Below are positions 1 through 8,649 of a stretch of 43,877 bases of DNA, one piece after another (the stretch's first letter is position 1; each line of letters begins with the position of its first letter). A program made the translations under genes and the position numbers. This DNA comes from a virus (lineage: Duplodnaviria > Caudoviricetes), in the IMG/VR virus record IMGVR_UViG_3300005613_000124, positions 1-43,877 of that record; one strand, 5' to 3'. Under the pieces are notes generated by a model. It did not search any database, was not told the DNA's origin, and saw nothing but the letters and a program-made list of their open reading frames with translations.

Positions 1-222
1 AACCCAAGCTCCCTGATAATAGACGTAGAGTTCCCCGGTGTCGGAATTCCACCACAAGTATCCCGCTTGGGGAGCTGTAGGCGGAAGAGAGTTGATGTAG
101 ACCGGAGGAGCGACTTCCGCGGAAGCTACCGCCTCCCAGGAAGTTCCGTTCCACTTCCAGGACTGATCTCCAACTGTATAGATTTGATTCGGAGTTGGAG
201 AGGGAGGAAAAGAGAGTGCCAT
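1..222 (-). CDS. Tail fibre/virion structural protein, N-terminal part (runs off the window)
   Basis: Not in the ORF track. ATG at 222 reads MALSFPPSPTPNQIYTVGDQSWKWNGTSWEA...AGYLWWNSDTGELYVYYQGAWV, open to base 1; FP-SP...W-WNG-W and G-LWW motifs are typical of phage tail proteins. Confidence 0.7.
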   Translation of the reverse strand, partial: MALSFPPSPTPNQIYTVGDQSWKWNGTSWEAVASAEVAPPVYINSLPPTAPQAGYLWWNSDTGELYVYYQGAWV

Positions 223-224
223 TG

Positions 225-1265
225 TCAGGAGCTAGAAGAGTTGCCGGATGTGATAACCGCGCCGTCGTCGGCAGGCTGTTGAGGAAGATAAGCTTCGTCT
301 CCGAAGTCTCCCCAGTTCGGATCGTCGTTGTTGTTCTCCGCGTTGAAGAAATCCCAACGATAGTCCGGCACGCGATCTCCGCCGGTATCGTTCCACCATC
401 CGCTGAGTCCCTTTCCGCTGACTCCGTTGTAGTACTGAGGAATGCGCCAAGAACGGAGAAGTCCCGCTCTCGAATTGATCGCCATCTCTCCGTCCGGGCG
501 GACAGCGGGATTGTAAGTGGTGGCGGCTTCAAGTTCCTTGATCGCTCTCTCGTAGTCCTTTAAGATATCCTCTCTGCGTCTCACCGTGTCGAGGTAATAC
601 CTCGCGATGATCAGAGAGGTTCGGCGGCGGTTGGAGCTGACGAGCAGCTTCCCCGCTTTGGTGGACTGGTTGATGTAGGAGTCGATCAGCGCACAGGCGT
701 CCTGGATCGCCATCTCCAGACGTACGACGTTGGGCTGAGCTGCATCCGCATCGTCGATGTTCGTGATTTGGATCGCCTCCTTCAGACCGTAAGCCATGAT
801 GAAGTCGTCCGAAGTCGCTGATCTGGGATCCGCGGGACGATCTCGGCGGGAGTAAGGATTACCGTCTGCATAAACCCCAAGGTTGGACATCTCGTTCCAA
901 CCTAGTTGCTCCTCAGCCGGTTTCTGAAGATTCTTAGCTTGAACCTTAAAGAACGCGCGAACCGCATTACGACGCATCGTAGCGACAGAGGCGCCGGATT
1001 TAATCGGCGCTCTCAGAGCTCGGTTGATGTCTGTGGGGGGAGTGTAATTGACGAAAACCTTGTCACCCGGCTTGACATTCTTCCCGAACGTCAGGGTGAT
1101 CTCGTTGGTCTCGGAATAGGCCCTGTCCGTGACTGGGATCTTCCCGTAGTTGATCGTGAAAGATGTGACGGGCACATCGATTGTATCATCGAGAGTTTGG
1201 TCAAAGACGAGAACTCCCTTGGATTGCTCCTTGATGGTAAACTCGAGTAGCTGCGGTGCCGCCAT
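225..1265 (-). CDS. Head-tail connector (Mu gp36/DUF1320-like) with an N-terminal beta-rich domain
   Basis: AIQDACALIDSYI...IIARYYL...DYERAIKELE resembles DUF1320; first ~80 aa resemble an SwmB-type beta-sandwich repeat. Confidence 0.65.
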   Translation of the reverse strand: MAAPQLLEFTIKEQSKGVLVFDQTLDDTIDVPVTSFTINYGKIPVTDRAYSETNEITLTFGKNVKPGDKVFVNYTPPTDINRALRAPIKSGASVATMRRNAVRAFFKVQAKNLQKPAEEQLGWNEMSNLGVYADGNPYSRRDRPADPRSATSDDFIMAYGLKEAIQITNIDDADAAQPNVVRLEMAIQDACALIDSYINQSTKAGKLLVSSNRRRTSLIIARYYLDTVRRREDILKDYERAIKELEAATTYNPAVRPDGEMAINSRAGLLRSWRIPQYYNGVSGKGLSGWWNDTGGDRVPDYRWDFFNAENNNDDPNWGDFGDEAYLPQQPADDGAVITSGNSSSS

Positions 1266-1268
1266 ATC

Positions 1269-1841
1269 TTACAGGTGGATGTGCAGGTAAGGATCTCCCT
1301 TGTAGTCGGGATCAAAGCCAAGGGAAGTCCAAAAGGCGTGAGGAGAATCAAGAATTCTTACCTCAGTGATGCCATCCGGAACTTGACTAAGTAAGGTTTT
1401 TACTCCCATGAGAACGGGAGCATTATCCCCCCAATTAAGGTGTTCCCAGTCTGTGATCGTAAGGACACCGTTGAAAGTCTCGTAGGAGACGGATCCTAGG
1501 AGGACACCCGGAGGAACATCATCGTTCTCAGTAGTGACCCGAGTGAATTCAATGAAGTCTTCGTCAGGATCCGTGACGGCATCAGACGCAACCGGGTCGG
1601 TCCCAAGGAAACCTATAGGTTGAAGAATGGATCCGAGCACTCCAGGAAAAGAGTCTAAAGAGTCGTAAACTTGAAGGGAGACGAGTCTCCTTTCTAAAGT
1701 TTCAATTCCAACTGTCTCTGACAGAATCTCTTCTGATAGTGTGTAGGTCCAAGACTTCGGGTTGTAGGGCTTAGGACCGTCCTCGTCCACCGTGTTCCAC
1801 CACTCCTCAGGCCTAGTTGTAGTGTCGTCCGGGTCAATCAT
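1269..1841 (-). CDS. Hypothetical protein, 190 aa
   Basis: Tightly packed ORF in the structural operon; acidic; no confident family. Confidence 0.6.
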   Translation of the reverse strand: MIDPDDTTTRPEEWWNTVDEDGPKPYNPKSWTYTLSEEILSETVGIETLERRLVSLQVYDSLDSFPGVLGSILQPIGFLGTDPVASDAVTDPDEDFIEFTRVTTENDDVPPGVLLGSVSYETFNGVLTITDWEHLNWGDNAPVLMGVKTLLSQVPDGITEVRILDSPHAFWTSLGFDPDYKGDPYLHIHL

Positions 1842-1891
1842 TTTGAAATGCTCAAAATAATCGAAATATGCTTTCTAATTAAACTTTACCC

Positions 1892-2161
1892 TCAATAGAC
1901 CGCGAGAACGAGATGGGGTCCAGAAATTGTTTGTATGACCGTTGGAACAAAAGTTTGTCCCCCAACATCAATGGCGGCGGGAATGATCTCACATGAAGTT
2001 TTTACTGTGAGAGATCCATTGATGGTTACGTCTTTACAGAAAATTGTCGATCTAGCTTGTTCTTTTACTGTTGGAGCACCAGGCACCGAACTTCCGCATC
2101 CTAATTCATCATTGGCGTTAAATTGCGGTGTATTGAACTTGTTTCCATTAATTGAAGACAT
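1892..2161 (-). CDS. Small virion protein, possibly spike-associated
   Basis: KDVTINGSLTV beta-helix-like segment; directly follows the spike gene. Confidence 0.5.
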   Translation of the reverse strand: MSSINGNKFNTPQFNANDELGCGSSVPGAPTVKEQARSTIFCKDVTINGSLTVKTSCEIIPAAIDVGGQTFVPTVIQTISGPHLVLAVY

Positions 2162-2163
2162 AG

Positions 2164-2901
2164 TTAGGCTCCTCCAAACCAGTCTGAGTCAAGTGGGTTA
2201 TAGCTTTGATATGAGTAGGCTTCATCAGTTGTAGGAGCAACTTTATCCCAAATCGTTCCTTCATCCACGGGTTGCTCTCCGTCTCCGTCTGAGTCGGGTG
2301 GCTGTCGCCCGTCGTCTTGATCCTGATGAATGTGGTTAAGATCAATGTGTCTCACCCAAAAGTAAGTCCCCCTTCTTTTAAGACAAACACACAACCAATC
2401 GCTGCCGCATGGTCCTCCCTCCTCAATACACATGCACCCGATATTTTCCTCCGTTGGAGGCGGAAGTTCTCCGGAGGGATACACCGACAAACGAGTCATA
2501 GCCGAGTTCATGGGCTGCTCGGCTTTCTCGAACTCGTTAGGGTCGAAGATCGGGTCGCCAAAGTTAAGGCGGTTGGGATCTCCGTTGCGAGGGACAATAG
2601 GAACCCGTGCCTTCTTGTCTACGAGAGCTTGAGGCTGCTTTCCTTTGAGAGGAACGATCGGATAGATCCAGTCCGTCTCGGTCGCTTGTCCCGCCTGATC
2701 GAAGTCTTTCCCCTGAAGAAACTCGGGATTGACTTCATCGAGCACGACACGCACTCTGCCGAGTTCCTCTGGATCTTCCACGTCAATGACTGTCCCGTAG
2801 GTGTTCATCATCTGACCGCTAAGATTAGCGGCCTGCTGAGCTCCACGGAATGATCTGAGGAGGACTCCGGCGAGTTGGTCTACGTTGTGATTTGTTGACA
2901 T
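2164..2901 (-). CDS. Baseplate central spike (gpV/gp5 OB-fold family)
   Basis: GTVIDVEDPEELGRVRV...ETDW OB-fold signature; HIH motif resembling the metal-binding HxH of spike tips. Confidence 0.75.
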   Translation of the reverse strand: MSTNHNVDQLAGVLLRSFRGAQQAANLSGQMMNTYGTVIDVEDPEELGRVRVVLDEVNPEFLQGKDFDQAGQATETDWIYPIVPLKGKQPQALVDKKARVPIVPRNGDPNRLNFGDPIFDPNEFEKAEQPMNSAMTRLSVYPSGELPPPTEENIGCMCIEEGGPCGSDWLCVCLKRRGTYFWVRHIDLNHIHQDQDDGRQPPDSDGDGEQPVDEGTIWDKVAPTTDEAYSYQSYNPLDSDWFGGA

Positions 2902-2922
2902 GTTTTCTCTAGTTATGTCCTA

Positions 2923-3147
2923 TCAGCGATGCTTCTTCGCGCGTAGCGGGCGCTGAGAGATCTCATACTTAGGAGCGGGTGTTACGGGTTTCTCGGGCTC
3001 AGGTGCGGGTGCGGGGATCTCGAGTGTAAACTCTTGAGTATCTTCGTCGGAAGGTGCCTCCTTCATTTCTTGTGTCCGAGGCACTTCCTTAGATTCCTCG
3101 TCGGCGTAAGACCCAAAGCCGAAGCCACTTCCGTATGATTCTGTCAT
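2923..3147 (-). CDS. Hypothetical protein, 74 aa, low complexity
   Basis: ORF fills the gap; GGTAAAAT motif just upstream. Confidence 0.55.
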   Translation of the reverse strand: MTESYGSGFGFGSYADEESKEVPRTQEMKEAPSDEDTQEFTLEIPAPAPEPEKPVTPAPKYEISQRPLRAKKHR

Positions 3148-3177
3148 GGTGCTTGTGATGTGTAGCTAGATTTTACC

Positions 3178-6100
3178 TTAGGCTTGTCCGTACAGCATTG
3201 GCTCCTGGCATAAGGGAATTTCGTCGCTATGAAATAGATAACGAGACCTCGTGATGAACGGGACCTCTACGAGCTTGGCGGGAGACGGCGTGACAATTCC
3301 TTCGAAGTCTTGTGTCAAGATCTCAAAGCCGCCCTCCGTGGTGATAGACTCATTAGAGATCTCGGGCTTGCAAATGACCTTCTCGCGGTGACAGAAGAAT
3401 TTCGCCGGGTCGAACACCGGGTCGTCCGCCGCCGAAAGATCGGCGACAAAGTAAGCGTAGGAGACTGTGTAGTTTGTGAACGAGGCTTCGTCCGGATCGT
3501 CTGGAAATTCGATATTCGGGATGATTAGAGACGGAGCGTCATTGACTTGGGATTCCGTGGAGTCGTTAGGACGGAGTCGGAACGTCTCAATGTCAGTCTC
3601 GAGGAAACCGGTGAGTCTCTCTCCGCGATCACTAAACTTAAAATAAGAACCCGGTCGAGTGCCGTCAGGATTGAGCTTTCTTTCTCCATAAGCATCGTAA
3701 TCCAACACGGCGGACAGAGTGAGAGGAGAGGAGGAATCGGGCGCCTCGAACGATAACGCGGCATCCTCAAACCCGTCCTGTAAGAACGTGTCAGACTTTT
3801 CCGTTGTGGAGATGAGGAAGTCTTCCACATAGAAAGTCGCGTAGTCGTCAAAGTCTTGCGGAGGTTCATCGTACACCTCATCGTAGAGGAGTGGGAGGAC
3901 GTCCGTAATTGGGAGATTAGTGTAAGAAGGTGGAAGCAGGCGTGAAAAGTAGGCTTGATTAGCCATGACGCTTTCAGCACGGTTCCAAAACTTCCCATTT
4001 CGCTGATAGTCCACCGGCAGGCGAACGTGCTGGCGATATGATGCTACATCATCCGGGCCGGTGTTCTCGTCCGCGATGAGCGGATTAACGAATGCATTAT
4101 CCAGCTCAGGATCGGAGACGTTGAGAACTCGGTTTTTCCAAATCCTGAGCGGATGCAGAGAGTGAGTCACCGACGGGCGCATGCGCCAAGCCGGAGCGGA
4201 GAAGATGAGCTGGTCGAGACGAACTCTGATCGGCTCCACCGGGCACGGAAAGACTTCCGGATTGCCTGGGTCAAAGCATGGTTCGCAGAAGGGATCTATT
4301 TCCTTATCATAATAGCCACTGTCCTTGTCTTCGGTGGAGAGCGGTGTGGTTTCGATGCGGCCATTGTCGAGAGTGCAAGCAACCTCGATGGGATCCGGGC
4401 TGTCGCCAGAGACACACGGGATGCAGTTTAGCGGCTCTGTGATCGGAATGAGAATGGCTGGGTCTACCGCAATGCTATCATCACCCTCAGTCGTTATCTC
4501 TAGCAAAGACTCCGTAGTAAGCTCAATGAGCACGGTGACCGTGCCCGTGGAGAAGGTTCCGTCGTCTACAGGAGGTTCGGAGTACGGTGCGCTGGGGACG
4601 AAGGTATCATTGTCCTGGACAGCGCAGTCGATCGGCGGGAGCGAACCCCCGGCGTAGGATCCGTTATTGTACGCGATGCAAGTGAGATCCGGAGGTTGGA
4701 CTAAGTCGTACTCTGAATTGTCATAAAGAGTGCAAGTGTCAATTATGCCTCCATCGATAAGGACGGCGTCTTTTCCTGGGTCTGCGCCGTACACGTACTT
4801 CCCACCGTCAAGAGTTCCGCACTCCGCTCCGCACACGGTATTACTTTGCGGTGGCTTAAGAGGATTGATCCCGGGTTGGTAGATCCAGCCGTCCACGAAC
4901 TCGCAATTAGGTGGAACATCGCTTTCATAGTCACAGTTGGGCTGAACAATTTCGTCGAAGACGCCGTCATCAAAGGAGAGAAAACCGTTCGCGACTTCGC
5001 CACTAACGCAATCCTGGTCTATCTGCCCAGCGAGTGGCTTATATCCTACAAGCCTGTCATACTCCCCATCATCCGTTCCCATCCAAGCTGATTCATCCGG
5101 GACCGGAAAGTAAACAGAGTTGTCGAGAGACGGATCGAAGATCCACTCCACGCACGGAAAGCGAGTCTCGCCGTAAGTCGTCTTAGCTTCGTACTCAAAG
5201 GACAATTCTGACAGTTCGAGTCCGTCAAAGGCAATCGTATCTCCGTCGTAACCATCGGCGTCGGTCCCGGATGCCAAAATAAGAATTTCGTTTCCGACGC
5301 CGGCATCAGTGACAAGAGTCGCTCCCGCTTCTCCCGCAACGTCCACAACTAGGTCATCAAATTCTATGATTCTCTCGTAGTCTTCGGGAAGACCATCACA
5401 AACGGAGAAAGGATCTCTATCGTACAGACCATCTCCGACCGAATTAGTATAGATGATCGGAAAGTCGTAATCTCCGCCATCCAAGTAAAATTGCCCGAGA
5501 ATTGCGGGATATTCCTTGTTGTCTATGAAACAAGTCGGCGGAAATAGGAATTGAACACCGTTACACCCTATCGGAGTGCTCGTCTCTGGGCCCGGATCGG
5601 TTGCGATCTCATTTGGGTCAGAATCAAAATACTGTCTCAGAGTGAGAACATAATTTGGTGTCTCGCATACTCCGAACTCGGCATCGGGCGGCTCGTAACA
5701 TTCGCTAAGATCTAACGAGCTATCATCGATCGCGATTTCATCGTCTTTTTCGGTGAAGAGATCCGCTCTTCCTTGATTGAACACCCCGACATCCTCAATC
5801 GTCGATGTAGCCGTGCTCGGATAGTCTCCGTTGTCGAGGAAATCTACGGGAGGGTTAGTGATTAGCGCCTCGAAAGTCCCGTTGTCAGTGATCGTCGTAG
5901 ATTCTTCGGGTCCGTCAGTCTCGAGTCCAAGGCCTACAAAGACTTCCGTGGTGCACGGACCGTCGTCGATGGACAGCTCCTGCCCGTTCTCTAAGAGAAG
6001 CTGCTCAAGATTCTGAGTCTCCAGGCGAATGATCTTCGTTTCCAGAGAGACTGTGGGTTGATATAACTCGTCGCAGTCCTCAACTTTGAAATTGTAGTGA

Positions 6101-6957
6101 TTGGTGAGGTAGGGAGTAGCGGGTCCGGGTTTCAGACCGACCATGTTGAGAAGGTCGGAGATTGTTAGTTGAGAGAGGATATCGTCGAGGCTGAGACCTT
6201 CTTCCTCGCTGAAGCCGTGAACATCGAGAGCGTCAAGGAGAAAGTGCGCGGAGATATGATTGCCTTTGTTGCCCCAGACCCCGAAGAACTGTGACAGAAG
6301 CTGCTGGGAAGTCCAGTCGGAAACGTCACTCCACTCTTCAACAAAGAAGAGGAACGGTTTAGCGTCCGAGCCGTCCAAGAAGACTTGAATACCTGACGGT
6401 GCCGCATCGAGTAGGCGAACAGAAGTGATCCCCTGAGCAAGGTCTTGAGTGACAAATAGAGAGGAGTCGGTCTCGTTTGTGGTCCTCGCGTCCACGAGGC
6501 CATCAAAGATATACTCACCTCCGGAGACCAACACCGGGGTCTCGGAGTACAGCAGCTCCTCGGGTTGACCTAACGGTACTAAGCCGACTCTTTCGTCTTT
6601 TTCGAAGACATGAAAGAGAAAGTCGGCCGAGGCTCTTACCTCATCCCGGCGAAACGGTGCCGGTCTATCTTCGTACGGCTTATCCTTATCGTATACACCA
6701 AACGTACCGACCTGAACGGCTCTTTTCTCGGATACCGTCTGAGGGAGTCCTTTCCACTTATACGAACCGTCGGTCGTAGGGATACGCTTGCCCCAGTACC
6801 CATCCCCATTAAAGCCGAGGAGTTGGGCATTCCAATCCAGCTGCCCGTTGACTCGGGAGAGAACTTTGTTGAGAGTTTCCTTCTGCTTATCTGTAAAGAC
6901 CTCTGGCAGATGGCCTCTCAGCTCATACTGCTCCTTGTCAAATATGGGACGTGGCAT
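3178..6957 (-). CDS. Large acidic Cys-rich virion/baseplate-associated protein, 1259 aa
   Basis: Long ORF in the baseplate cluster with many D-x-G-x-[YF] motifs. Confidence 0.7.
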   Translation of the reverse strand: MPRPIFDKEQYELRGHLPEVFTDKQKETLNKVLSRVNGQLDWNAQLLGFNGDGYWGKRIPTTDGSYKWKGLPQTVSEKRAVQVGTFGVYDKDKPYEDRPAPFRRDEVRASADFLFHVFEKDERVGLVPLGQPEELLYSETPVLVSGGEYIFDGLVDARTTNETDSSLFVTQDLAQGITSVRLLDAAPSGIQVFLDGSDAKPFLFFVEEWSDVSDWTSQQLLSQFFGVWGNKGNHISAHFLLDALDVHGFSEEEGLSLDDILSQLTISDLLNMVGLKPGPATPYLTNHYNFKVEDCDELYQPTVSLETKIIRLETQNLEQLLLENGQELSIDDGPCTTEVFVGLGLETDGPEESTTITDNGTFEALITNPPVDFLDNGDYPSTATSTIEDVGVFNQGRADLFTEKDDEIAIDDSSLDLSECYEPPDAEFGVCETPNYVLTLRQYFDSDPNEIATDPGPETSTPIGCNGVQFLFPPTCFIDNKEYPAILGQFYLDGGDYDFPIIYTNSVGDGLYDRDPFSVCDGLPEDYERIIEFDDLVVDVAGEAGATLVTDAGVGNEILILASGTDADGYDGDTIAFDGLELSELSFEYEAKTTYGETRFPCVEWIFDPSLDNSVYFPVPDESAWMGTDDGEYDRLVGYKPLAGQIDQDCVSGEVANGFLSFDDGVFDEIVQPNCDYESDVPPNCEFVDGWIYQPGINPLKPPQSNTVCGAECGTLDGGKYVYGADPGKDAVLIDGGIIDTCTLYDNSEYDLVQPPDLTCIAYNNGSYAGGSLPPIDCAVQDNDTFVPSAPYSEPPVDDGTFSTGTVTVLIELTTESLLEITTEGDDSIAVDPAILIPITEPLNCIPCVSGDSPDPIEVACTLDNGRIETTPLSTEDKDSGYYDKEIDPFCEPCFDPGNPEVFPCPVEPIRVRLDQLIFSAPAWRMRPSVTHSLHPLRIWKNRVLNVSDPELDNAFVNPLIADENTGPDDVASYRQHVRLPVDYQRNGKFWNRAESVMANQAYFSRLLPPSYTNLPITDVLPLLYDEVYDEPPQDFDDYATFYVEDFLISTTEKSDTFLQDGFEDAALSFEAPDSSSPLTLSAVLDYDAYGERKLNPDGTRPGSYFKFSDRGERLTGFLETDIETFRLRPNDSTESQVNDAPSLIIPNIEFPDDPDEASFTNYTVSYAYFVADLSAADDPVFDPAKFFCHREKVICKPEISNESITTEGGFEILTQDFEGIVTPSPAKLVEVPFITRSRYLFHSDEIPLCQEPMLYGQA

Positions 6958-6962
6958 AACTC

Positions 6963-7172
6963 TCAGTAGGTGCCGTTGTTAGCAAGAGCGGGAAGCGCCG
7001 ATTCTATCAACTGCCTTTGATAGTCCACATAGGCTTTAGTAGCTCCGTCATCATCCGCGTTGGGATAGACGTTGACATCAGGCTCGAGCCCGGTGACGCG
7101 ATTCCCTCTCATATCGAGAGTGCCGGTAATCTGTACTTGGGCTCCTGAGACTCTAGTATCTGCCATTGTCAA
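6963..7172 (-). CDS. Small tail-fibre-like protein with a neck motif
   Basis: LDMRGNRVTGL...DGATKAYVD resembles the trimeric fibre neck motif; ends ANNGTY. Confidence 0.65.
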   Translation of the reverse strand: MTMADTRVSGAQVQITGTLDMRGNRVTGLEPDVNVYPNADDDGATKAYVDYQRQLIESALPALANNGTY

Positions 7173-8649
7173 GTGATGGAATCAGCTTAAAGTCCACGTA
7201 AAACTTCGTGGCAAGGTCTTCGTCCTCCGTGGGCTCGGAGAGGAAGATAATCTCTGACGGCTTAACCGAAGAGTTGGAGCGGAAGAAAGTTAGAGCGTCC
7301 GCGAAAATGTCCACACCACCCGGATCGGACCTAACTGTGCGGGCGAGGGGATCATCTTGAAGTTCGGCGTCTAAGATAACTTCCCAACCGGGCTCAAGCT
7401 CAACATAATCCGGGAAGATGATCTCAGCCCTCTGAACCTCTGACTCAAGCAGAAAGGTCTCCGAAGAGAGCTCGAGATACATATCTTCCGCCGCTGTCGG
7501 CGGAGCCATGTATTTAGTCGCGTACTCCGCTATATCAGTAACGAGAGAACGAAGGCTCGTATCCTGAAAGTCCGTAAGCCACTTCGCTACGGGTTCGTAC
7601 TTCGTAGAGGTCTGACGGCGGAGGTCGTTGACTGTGACTACCTGTTGATCTTTTACCTCAATCTGAGCGAGGAGGATGTAAGGACGGTTTATCTCGGCAA
7701 ATTGATCATCCTCCAGAAAGGGTTCCACAGACGACACAGGCCCGCTAGGACGCTGGTTGGGATAGAGCGCCTCGCCTGTATAGCGAATGTCGGTGACGTC
7801 CGCGATCCCATCCCAGAAGAAGAATCTCCAGTAACGAGCCGGAGTATTGCGTGAAACGTTAAATCTCCAGCTTCCGTCAAAGTATCTCTGATCGTCGAGA
7901 GTCCAGACAATCGCGTCGTTAGACGAGTATAGAGCGCATCGCCCTGTCGAGATTGAAGATCCGTCGAGAAAGAACTCTTCAGCCGTGACAGGGAGAGTGA
8001 AGTCCACTGTGACAGAAGACCCCGTGAAGTAATTTCCCGTCGCTCCATCCGGGTCGGGTCTCCAACTACCGTCATCAACTTCCGAGAATGCGTACTCCAC
8101 CGGAAAGTAGTTGGCTTCCGTGGATGCTTCGTATAGGGATGGAGTGTCGCTAAGAGAGTAGTTTTCTACGCGGTAAAGGACGTAGGAAGGATTCTCAGGT
8201 TGAGTGTAGTTAAGGTAGTATCCTACTTGATAAACACCATCTTGGGCTCCGCCGTCTACGATGGAACGAAGATCGATGGCCAAGCCCGTGGTTAGGATTT
8301 GCCCGTAGGACCAAGTGATGGTGCCGCTTTGAATGACAAGTATAGATCCGTCATCCGGCAATCGACCTACTTCCAAAGATCCGGGACCGGAAAGCTTTCC
8401 GAATTGCGGATCGATGTAAACTAAGCCGGTCTTAGCATCGCCGAAGTAGTCTAGACGATATCCTTCGGAAATTCCGGGAAGACGATCGTAAATTGGTCGA
8501 CCACTCGGATGCCCCCAGACCGTAGGTTCCGGCTGTAGTCTCTTGACTTCCCGAGACTCATCGGAAATGATGTCAAATCGGGATAGTCCCGTAGACGCAG
8601 GAGCTACTTGTATCGGACCCAGCAAAGATTCAGGGAAAACTTCCGTCAT
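7153..8649 (-). CDS. Tail/baseplate protein with a discoidin-like domain
   Basis: LYSSND..W...PARYWRF is F5/8-like; C-terminal DLATKFYVD...LDNGRY. Confidence 0.6.
   Translation of the reverse strand: MTEVFPESLLGPIQVAPASTGLSRFDIISDESREVKRLQPEPTVWGHPSGRPIYDRLPGISEGYRLDYFGDAKTGLVYIDPQFGKLSGPGSLEVGRLPDDGSILVIQSGTITWSYGQILTTGLAIDLRSIVDGGAQDGVYQVGYYLNYTQPENPSYVLYRVENYSLSDTPSLYEASTEANYFPVEYAFSEVDDGSWRPDPDGATGNYFTGSSVTVDFTLPVTAEEFFLDGSSISTGRCALYSSNDAIVWTLDDQRYFDGSWRFNVSRNTPARYWRFFFWDGIADVTDIRYTGEALYPNQRPSGPVSSVEPFLEDDQFAEINRPYILLAQIEVKDQQVVTVNDLRRQTSTKYEPVAKWLTDFQDTSLRSLVTDIAEYATKYMAPPTAAEDMYLELSSETFLLESEVQRAEIIFPDYVELEPGWEVILDAELQDDPLARTVRSDPGGVDIFADALTFFRSNSSVKPSEIIFLSEPTEDEDLATKFYVDFKLIPSLDNGRY

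Noticed and set aside
1269-1841. GNAT acetyltransferase call from HAFWTSLGF
   Set aside because: The acetyl-CoA-binding R/Q-x-x-G-x-G motif is missing; one short motif is not enough.
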